Assembly (NCBI GenBank): GCA_026415615.1
Contig: JAOAGT010000003.1
Coordinates: forward strand, 103,077-167,076
DNA: 64,000 nucleotides
Origin: Thermoleophilia bacterium
GTDB lineage: Bacteria; Actinomycetota; Thermoleophilia; RBG-16-64-13
Direction: 5' to 3'
Part shown: positions 57,536 through 64,000 of the stretch, piece after piece
Layout: each line of letters starts with the position of its first letter
How positions within the stretch are numbered: the first letter of the stretch is position 1
The notes under the pieces: model-generated
What the model saw: the letters and a program-made list of their open reading frames with translations, nothing else
The model's database searches: none
Told to the model about the DNA's origin: nothing
Position numbers and translations under genes: made by a program

Positions 57536-58325
57536 CTGGTTCCCCGCTGGCGGCTACACTGCTGGTGCGCGCTCCAAACCGGCGCTCACGTTTGGCATAG
57601 TCGGCCAAAGCTTTGTCAAACTCATCTCCGTCGAAGTCCGGCCATAGACAAGAGGCAAAATAAAGCTCAGAGTAGGCCGACTGCCACAGCAAGAAGTTAG
57701 ACAAACGCTTCTCGCCAGAGGTTCGGATGACCAGATCCGGATCGCGCATAAGCGGCGAGTAAAGGTTTCTCGCTATGTCCTCCTCTGTAATAAGGTGAGG
57801 ATCAACACCTTCCTCGGCCGCACGTCTGACAGCGTCAACAATCTCTCGCCGACCCCCATAATTGAAAGCTATGAAGAGAAACAGAGCGGAGTTGTGAGAG
57901 GTCAGATCCTCGGCCCACTTCATCTTCTGAAGCAGGCCCTCTGAAAGACCCTCTTTGCTCCCAATGAAGATGACCCGACACCCGTTTTCGTTGAGAGCAG
58001 GGGTCTCCTTTTCAATCATCTCCTCATGCAGCCGCATGAGCGCTTCGACCTCTTCCTGCGGCCGCTTCCAATTCTCAAGCGAAAAAGAGTAGAGAGTGAG
58101 CTGCTTAACTCCTCTCTCCCGAGCAACCCGCACCACCCGGCGGACAGCTTCCGCCCCCGCCCTGTGACCAGCCGCGACCGGAAGTCCCCGCCGCCGGGCC
58201 CAGCGCCCGTTGCCGTCCATGATAATGGCAACATGATGGGGCAGGGCCGCCCCAGGCTGGGAACTTCGGAGGCGCCGTCCCTTCCCGCGGCCAAAAAAGT
58301 CACGTAGCCACTTCTGGGGGCTCAC
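57528..58325 (-). CDS. uppS: Undecaprenyl/polyprenyl diphosphate synthase
   Basis: HVAIIMDGNGRWA, FS.ENWKR, RTSGEKRLSNFLLWQ. Confidence 0.96.
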   Translation of the reverse strand: MSPQKWLRDFFGRGKGRRLRSSQPGAALPHHVAIIMDGNGRWARRRGLPVAAGHRAGAEAVRRVVRVARERGVKQLTLYSFSLENWKRPQEEVEALMRLHEEMIEKETPALNENGCRVIFIGSKEGLSEGLLQKMKWAEDLTSHNSALFLFIAFNYGGRREIVDAVRRAAEEGVDPHLITEEDIARNLYSPLMRDPDLVIRTSGEKRLSNFLLWQSAYSELYFASCLWPDFDGDEFDKALADYAKRERRFGARTSSVAASGEPDA

Positions 58326-58326
58326 A

Positions 58327-58896
58327 TCAGATCTCGAGAATCTCCGCTTCTTTGTGCTTGAGCAGCTCGTCGATCTTCTCGATAAAGCTATCAGTGAGCT
58401 TCTGGACTTCCTCTTCAGCGCGACGTTCTTCGTCCTCTGAGATCTTGCTGTCTTTCTTTAGATTCTTTAGATGCTGAATGATGTCCCTTCTTACATTGCG
58501 GACCGCTACGCGAGTATCTTCGGCCATCCCTTTGACCAATTTCACAAGCTCTTTGCGACGCTCCGCGGTGAGGGGAGGAATATTTAGCCTGATCACAACC
58601 CCGTCGGTATTGGGCGTAAGACCGAGGTCTGACTCCTGGATAGCCCGCACAACAGCGTTTACCGCATTCTTGTCGTAAACAGTGATTGAGATTGTACGGG
58701 CGTCTGGGGTGGCTAGACTAGCCAGCTGCTTAAGAGGAGTCTTTGTGCCGTAATAGTCCACATGAATGCGGTCGAGAATTCCGGTAGACGCTCGACCAGT
58801 CCGAATAACGCTAAACTCACTGCGAAGAGTGTCTACTGCGGTTTGCATACGTCGCTTGCCGTCAGCAAGTTGCTCGTCGATCTCCTCGCGAGTCAT
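58327..58896 (-). CDS. frr: Ribosome recycling factor
   Basis: IRTGRA, YYG, PPLTAERRKEL. Confidence 0.97.
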   Translation of the reverse strand: MTREEIDEQLADGKRRMQTAVDTLRSEFSVIRTGRASTGILDRIHVDYYGTKTPLKQLASLATPDARTISITVYDKNAVNAVVRAIQESDLGLTPNTDGVVIRLNIPPLTAERRKELVKLVKGMAEDTRVAVRNVRRDIIQHLKNLKKDSKISEDEERRAEEEVQKLTDSFIEKIDELLKHKEAEILEI

Positions 58897-58918
58897 ACTT
58901 CCCCCTTCTGGTCGTAGG

Positions 58919-59659
58919 TCAACTGTTTTGCGGTGGACCAGAGGTCACAAGAGTCCCCACACGCTCGCCCCGCAGCACGCGGCGAATGTTTTCCGCCACG
59001 CTCATATTAAAGACCACGATGGGCAATCCGTTGTCCATACACAGGGACAAAGCCGTGGAGTCCATTACCCGCAGCCCTCTTTCTAGAGCCTCGCGATGGG
59101 TAATTTCGGTAATCAGCTTTGCAGAAGGATTTATTTCTGGGTCGTCATCATAGACGCCGTCGTACTTCTTTTTGGCCATGAGCAAGCACTCCGCCCCGAT
59201 CTCAAGAGCGCGAAGGGCCGCAGCGGTATCAGTACTGAAATACGGGTTCCCAGTCCCCGCAGCAAAAATCACCACTCGCCCCTTCTCTAGATGACGAATG
59301 GCTCGGCCGCGGATGTATGGCTCGCAGATTTCTTGCATATGAATCGCGGACTGCACCCGCGAGTCAACAGCAAGCTTGCGCAGAACGTCCTGCAGAGCCA
59401 TGGCATTCATAACCGTGGCCAGCATGCCCATATAATCTGCCGTGGCACGATCGATGCCCTGAGCCGCTCCTGACACTCCGCGGAAGATATTGCCGCCCCC
59501 CACCACGATGGCCACCTGCACCCCCCAGGCCACCGCGTTGCTTACCTCCGCCGCAATTGCCCTGAGACGGTCAGGGTCAATGCCGAAAGCCACCTCCCCC
59601 ATAAGGGCTTCGCCGCTTAACTTAAGAAGAACCCGCGAATAGATTGGCCCTTCCTTCAT
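58919..59659 (-). CDS. pyrH: UMP kinase
   Basis: [26 protein letters not shown]. Confidence 0.97.
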   Translation of the reverse strand: MKEGPIYSRVLLKLSGEALMGEVAFGIDPDRLRAIAAEVSNAVAWGVQVAIVVGGGNIFRGVSGAAQGIDRATADYMGMLATVMNAMALQDVLRKLAVDSRVQSAIHMQEICEPYIRGRAIRHLEKGRVVIFAAGTGNPYFSTDTAAALRALEIGAECLLMAKKKYDGVYDDDPEINPSAKLITEITHREALERGLRVMDSTALSLCMDNGLPIVVFNMSVAENIRRVLRGERVGTLVTSGPPQNS

Positions 59660-59745
59660 CCTGCCTCACTTCGGCTCGGACCCGTCATGAAATTTATAAC
59701 TCACGCCAAGCCTCGGCCGCGAAGAATGCGTGGCTGCAACAGCTG

Positions 59746-60348
59746 CTAGCTAACTTCTTCACCTACCCTGAAGCGGGCAAACCGCTTAATCTCGATGTTC
59801 TCGCCCACCTTGGCCACCATCTCGCGGCGCAAATCCTCGATGGTTTTCTCCGGATCTTTTACAAACTCCTGCTCGAGTAAGACTACGCTCTGGAACCACT
59901 TATTCAGCTTACCCTCGGCGATCTTCTGGACCACCTGCTCCGGCTTGCCAGACTGTCTGGCTTGGGCCATATAAACCTCAAGCTCTGAGTTTTTGACCTC
60001 TTCGGGCACATCCTCTCGCTTCACCCAACGCGGGCTCGCCGCAGCAATGTGCATGGCCAAATCATGTACAAACGCCCTGAACTCCTCGTTGCGCGCTACG
60101 AAGTCGGTTTCGCAATCCACTTCTACCAGCACGCCAATCTTGGAGCCCGGGTGAATGTAGGCGTCCACAACTCCTTCGTTCGTGGCCCGGGCCGCCTTTT
60201 TCTCTGCGGTAGCCATCCCTTTCTTGCGCAAGATCTTAAGAGCTTCGTCCATGTCGCCCTGGGCCTCTTGGAGAGCCATCTTGCAATCCATCACCCCGGC
60301 CCCGCACATTTCTCTTAGTTTCTTTACTAAAGCAGCGTCTATCTCCAT
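59746..60348 (-). CDS. tsf: Elongation factor Ts (short, 200-aa form)
   Basis: VKKLRE..GAG.MDCK, ETDFVA. Confidence 0.96.
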   Translation of the reverse strand: MEIDAALVKKLREMCGAGVMDCKMALQEAQGDMDEALKILRKKGMATAEKKAARATNEGVVDAYIHPGSKIGVLVEVDCETDFVARNEEFRAFVHDLAMHIAAASPRWVKREDVPEEVKNSELEVYMAQARQSGKPEQVVQKIAEGKLNKWFQSVVLLEQEFVKDPEKTIEDLRREMVAKVGENIEIKRFARFRVGEEVS

Positions 60349-60391
60349 CGCCGACCTCCATCAACACGCATTCTTCCACATCTAGATTCAC

Positions 60392-60416
60392 AAGAAAATG
60401 GGCCGCTGCGCGGCCC
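60392..60416 (-). terminator. Intrinsic terminator between rpsB and tsf
   Basis: GGGCCGC-GCA-GCGGCCC followed by ATTTTCTT. Confidence 0.6.
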
Positions 60417-60445
60417 GCCGGGCTCCGTACCACCCTCGCCAAGGT

Positions 60446-61480
60446 CTATCCGACAACTTCCCCCTGGTCGGATGCGCTAGCCCCATTCGGCTCCTCGGAG
60501 ACCGCCTGAGTCTGGAGTTCCTCTTCGACCCGAGTCTGCTCCCCCGTGTCTTCTCCGACACTAGCCTGACCGCGCTGCCTGGCAGCCTCTCTTGCGGAGC
60601 CGCTGCGCGGCAGCTGCCGTCCTCCGAGTGTAGTCTGCGCTCCTGCGCCCCGGCCAGCGCCGCCACCTCTCGAGCCGCGGCCGCCGCGGAACGAGCGCTC
60701 ATCGGTAGGTTCCTCACCTAGATCGTAAAACGTCCGTGTGCGCTCGCTAGAACGGACAGACGCGGCCGATTGAGCAGCCAGGAACTCTGAGACCTGCATC
60801 TTGGCCCGCCCCTCTTCTACCGCGCGTGCCAGCGTACGGATAATGAGGCCGCATGAGCGGATGGCGTCATCATTGCCGGGGATGACATAGTCCACGTCGT
60901 CGGGGTCACAGTTAGTGTCGCACAGGGCGATCAAGGGGATGCCTAGTTTGGCCACCTCTTTAGCTGCTATTGCCTCACGCTTGGGGTCAGCGATAAAAAC
61001 CGCATCGGGCAGCCGAGTCATGTTGCAAACGCCGCCCAGGTTGATCTCGAGCTTCTCAAGCTCACGCTCCATGGACATACGCTCTTTTGTAGGAAGCAGA
61101 TTGAGCTGCCCCTCCTCCTTGAGACGACGCAACTCGTGCAACCGACGGATTCTCGTCTCAATGGTTGAGAAGTTGGTAAGTAGTCCACCCAGCCACCTGT
61201 GAGAGACATACGGCATACCTACGCGCTCGGCCTCTTCTTTGATGATGTCTTGGCACTGCTTCTTAGTGCCAACGAACAAAATCACGCCCCCCCGACTAGC
61301 CACGTTGCGAACAAAGTCGTACGCTCGGTCTAGAAGTTCGCTGGTCTGCTGAAGGTCGATTATGTGGATCCCGCCCCTCTCGGTGAAGATGTAGGGCTTC
61401 ATCTTGGGATTCCAACGACGTGTTTGGTGGCCGAAGTGGACTCCTGACTCCAGGAGCTCCTTCATAGAAACAACGGGCAT
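60446..61480 (-). CDS. rpsB: 30S ribosomal protein S2 with a long C-terminal tail
   Basis: [32 protein letters not shown]. Confidence 0.98.
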   Translation of the reverse strand: MPVVSMKELLESGVHFGHQTRRWNPKMKPYIFTERGGIHIIDLQQTSELLDRAYDFVRNVASRGGVILFVGTKKQCQDIIKEEAERVGMPYVSHRWLGGLLTNFSTIETRIRRLHELRRLKEEGQLNLLPTKERMSMERELEKLEINLGGVCNMTRLPDAVFIADPKREAIAAKEVAKLGIPLIALCDTNCDPDDVDYVIPGNDDAIRSCGLIIRTLARAVEEGRAKMQVSEFLAAQSAASVRSSERTRTFYDLGEEPTDERSFRGGRGSRGGGAGRGAGAQTTLGGRQLPRSGSAREAARQRGQASVGEDTGEQTRVEEELQTQAVSEEPNGASASDQGEVVG

Positions 61481-61607
61481 TCTTACCTCTCCTGCGGTTT
61501 TGTTTTTCTACACTACCCCTGGAGGTCGCACCAAGAACCGAGGCGCTCGGCACCGCCGATGCGATTGTCTCCAGGATCGCTTTACACAGCCGCGCCAGTC
61601 TACCACA
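61481..61607 (-). promoter_or_regulatory. rpsB promoter and structured leader (putative S2 leader)
   Basis: TGgTAGACT extended -10; nested stems CCTGGAG..CTCCAGG, TCGCATC..GGTGCGA, CCGAG..CTCGG; AAAACC before the RBS. Confidence 0.55.
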
Positions 61608-61651
61608 AGAAGCCCAAACTCATCAGAGCTTGGCGCCATTCCCCGGAACAT

Positions 61652-62455
61652 CTACTCATCTAGAGCGTCAGAATCCAGAACCTCGCGAAGTCGACCGCGC
61701 AGACGCAATATAGCCTTTGTATGTAATTGGGACACCCGCGACTCGGTGACCCCTAGGATCTCTCCAATTTCTCGTAGAGTCAGACCCTCATAGTAGTAGA
61801 GGCTGATCACTACCCTTTCGCGCTCCGGCAAGCGTTCAATGGCTGCGGCTAGGGTTTCCTTCACCGCCTGGATCCGGTAGGTCTTCCATGGGTCCGGGGC
61901 CTCAGCGTCTTCTAAGGTCTCAAGCAGATTAGGCTTGTCGTTCGCGGATCCGGTCGAATCCCAGAGCTCATCAAGAGCAACCACTGAGGTCGAGCTAAGG
62001 TCGCTAAGAATGCACTCGAACTCCTCAGGAGTAACACCTAGCTCGCACGCGATTTCCTCGTCGCTAGGAGCTCTTCCAAGACGGTTCTCGAGTGCAGTGA
62101 CCGCAGCCTCTACCTTGCGTCCCCAACTTCGCACCGAGCGAGGCACCCAGTCGAGAGCGCGCAACTCGTCAATGATGGACCCCCTTATTCGGGCGATGGC
62201 GTAGGTCTCAAACTTGATGTTTCGCGACGGATCAAAACGCTCCAGTGCGCCTATAAGTCCTAAGAGCCCGTACGAGACTAAATCCTCTTCATCAACGTGC
62301 GCTGGGAGTCCGCTGCTCATCCGCCCGGCCACATACTTGACTAAGGGCGAGTAGGCGAGGATCAGTTGATCGCGCGCCCGCAGGTCGCCCTCCTGTTTGT
62401 ATAGCCGCCAGGCTTCTTGTAGGTCCATCTGCTTGGCCGAGTCGGTCCGCATCAT
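61652..62455 (-). CDS. whiG: FliA/WhiG family sigma factor (sigma28)
   Basis: LVKYVAGR, FETYA..RIRGSIIDELRALDWVPRSVR, LT..EIG..LGVTESRVSQLH; sits between dprA/xerC and rpsB like Streptomyces whiG; start uncertain (62461/62455/62428). Confidence 0.88.
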   Translation of the reverse strand: MMRTDSAKQMDLQEAWRLYKQEGDLRARDQLILAYSPLVKYVAGRMSSGLPAHVDEEDLVSYGLLGLIGALERFDPSRNIKFETYAIARIRGSIIDELRALDWVPRSVRSWGRKVEAAVTALENRLGRAPSDEEIACELGVTPEEFECILSDLSSTSVVALDELWDSTGSANDKPNLLETLEDAEAPDPWKTYRIQAVKETLAAAIERLPERERVVISLYYYEGLTLREIGEILGVTESRVSQLHTKAILRLRGRLREVLDSDALDE

Positions 62456-62509
62456 CTGCACACTTCAAGCAACTCTTTACTCATCTGCACACTTCAAGCA
62501 AGTCTTTAC
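62452..62509. repeat. 29-bp tandem duplication at the whiG 5' end
   Basis: TCATCTGCACACTTCAAGCAA[C/G]TCTTTAC twice, one mismatch. Confidence 0.92.
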
Positions 62510-62534
62510 GTTTATTTTCCCTCAGAATCAGTTT

Positions 62535-63590
62535 CTATGCCCTGGGATGCGCGCGGCGGTAGACTTTGCGCAGATGAGCAGCCGAAACATGAGCGTACAC
62601 CTGCGTTGTGCGCAGAGAGGAATGCCCGAGCAGCTCCTGAATCACCCTGAGATCAGCGCCTCCCTCGAGCAAATGGGTAGCAAAAGAGTGCCTTAAAGTA
62701 TGCGGAGATGCGCCCACCGACGCCCCGCAACGGTGCAAGTGACGTATCAGGCGCCGGTAAACATCTGAAGAAGATAGCGGCTTTCCTCTGCGGCTGAGAA
62801 AAAGATGATCCTCTTCTAGTTGCGTCACGAGCCTGGGACGACCTTGCTCCAAATACGTCCTTAGGGCGGCAAGCGCTTCGTCCCCAACGGGAACCACTCT
62901 CATCTTGCGCCCTTTCCCCGTGACGCGAATTTCTCGCGACGCAAAACTCACGTCATTTAGCCTTAGGCTCACTGCTTCCTGGCATCGCAAACCGGACGAG
63001 TATATTAGCTCAAACAGAGCACGGTCCCTGAGGTCAAGAGGTTCGGGGCCGCCGATTCCCTCAAGAAGGGCAGCCGCTTGTTCGGGAGTAAGCACGTGGG
63101 GTAACCGCTTGGGCAACTTTGGGGTTCTTACCCCTTCTGCAGGGTTGGTGTTCACCAAACCATCGTCTTCGCAAAAACGCAGGAAGCTGCGCACTACGGA
63201 CAACTTGCGCGCAATAGTGCTGCGAGCGTATGGCCGGCTCGCTTTCGCGATCGGGCCCGCTCCCGTCTTGCGGGTGACCCAAGAAGCCGACGTTGCGCCG
63301 ACTTCTGCCAAAGTTGAGACGTAATCGCCTATGTCGCCAGGGCTGACGTCCCGCAAACAGTAGAGGCCACGAGAACTTAGGAATGCGCTGAATTGATTGA
63401 GATCACTTTGGGCGGCTGCTACAGTCCGAGGACTATAGCCAGCGGCGATCAAACCGCGAAGAAACGCCGCAATTGCTACTTCGATGTGGTTGCCACCAGC
63501 CTGCTGGTCGTGAATTGGGGTTATGCTCTCTTCCTTCCGGCCGTTTCGCATTCGCGGTCCCGCCATATAACAGTTGCCTTGCCTAGTCAC
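62535..63590 (-). CDS. xerC: Tyrosine recombinase XerC
   Basis: RDRALFELIYSSGLR, GKG.K.R, HTLRHSFATHLL, LLGH, TTQVY, HPRA end; true start probably downstream. Confidence 0.88.
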   Translation of the reverse strand: MTRQGNCYMAGPRMRNGRKEESITPIHDQQAGGNHIEVAIAAFLRGLIAAGYSPRTVAAAQSDLNQFSAFLSSRGLYCLRDVSPGDIGDYVSTLAEVGATSASWVTRKTGAGPIAKASRPYARSTIARKLSVVRSFLRFCEDDGLVNTNPAEGVRTPKLPKRLPHVLTPEQAAALLEGIGGPEPLDLRDRALFELIYSSGLRCQEAVSLRLNDVSFASREIRVTGKGRKMRVVPVGDEALAALRTYLEQGRPRLVTQLEEDHLFLSRRGKPLSSSDVYRRLIRHLHRCGASVGASPHTLRHSFATHLLEGGADLRVIQELLGHSSLRTTQVYAHVSAAHLRKVYRRAHPRA

Positions 63591-64000
63591 TAACCTCGAA
63601 CGTATTGCCCCGGTCCAGCCCGCACCACCAGTCCCTCAATTTCCAGCCGGCCCAGTATCGCTGTAACCTCGCGGAGAGGCAACCCCGTCTCCTGCGCCAA
63701 AGCATCTGCCGAGTATTCTCCCGTAGCAAGCGCGTCTAGGATCCGGGTTTCAGCAGCACCTAGCGCATCCGAGCGGCGCAACCGTGAACCAGCGCTCACT
63801 TGCGCCCTCTCTCCGGCCCTACTCCACAACTCCAAGGGGGTAGAGCAATCAACCGGCCCCCTCCCTCCTCTTTCCATTCTTGAGGCAAGAAGAAAATCCT
63901 CCACCGCCTCTTCAGGTCGCAGTGCTACGTGAGCACCTTCGTAGAGCAGCCGGTTGCAGCCTGAATGACTGTCCCCTATTACCGAGCCTGGCACCGCCAG
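63590..64000 (-). CDS. dprA: DNA-processing protein DprA (C-terminal part)
   Basis: LAVPGSV...GCNRLL..GA, winged-helix L..LEIEGLV..PG..Y; runs off the window. Confidence 0.88.
   Translation of the reverse strand: MAVPGSVIGDSHSGCNRLLYEGAHVALRPEEAVEDFLLASRMERGGRGPVDCSTPLELWSRAGERAQVSAGSRLRRSDALGAAETRILDALATGEYSADALAQETGLPLREVTAILGRLEIEGLVVRAGPGQYVRG

Noticed and set aside
62535-63590. Phage or island integrase
   Set aside because: It has XerC/D motifs and the housekeeping dprA-xerC context, with no cargo genes.

Overview
A chromosomal core-genome segment, with almost all genes on the minus strand. It probably comes from a deep-branching actinobacterium (Thermoleophilia/Rubrobacteria-like), inferred from gene order and the NusA and WhiG features. 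Read from the right it runs dprA-xerC-whiG(sigma28)-rpsB-tsf-pyrH-frr-uppS-cdsA-dxr-rseP-ispG-proS-nusA-ylxR-infB-DUF503-rbfA-DHH-truB-ribF-deacetylase-rpsO-pnp-M16-dapB-rnj-ftsK-rodZ-rimO-pgsA-thpR-recA-recX-rny-miaB-miaA-dapF-dapL-dut. Next is a ~9 kb type IV pilin locus (11.5-20.4 kb) with two major-pilin paralogues, a TPR lipoprotein and two divergent minor-pilin sets, but no assembly genes. It is followed by a Cys-rich protein, rnz, tRNA-Arg(CCG), lipB, a glycoside hydrolase/deacetylase pair and an ACT-Liv ABC-paaK operon. The most notable signal is a pair of back-to-back near-consensus sigma28 promoters driving the pilin locus, while a WhiG-type sigma28 is encoded in the same window behind a 29-bp tandem duplication. 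Also notable are a 46-codon vestige where rimP should be, a ~340-nt structured leader with an attenuator before rny, and a CCCH extension on NusA. No CRISPR array, IS element or prophage was seen. All calls come from reading motifs and synteny by eye; no database searches were run.
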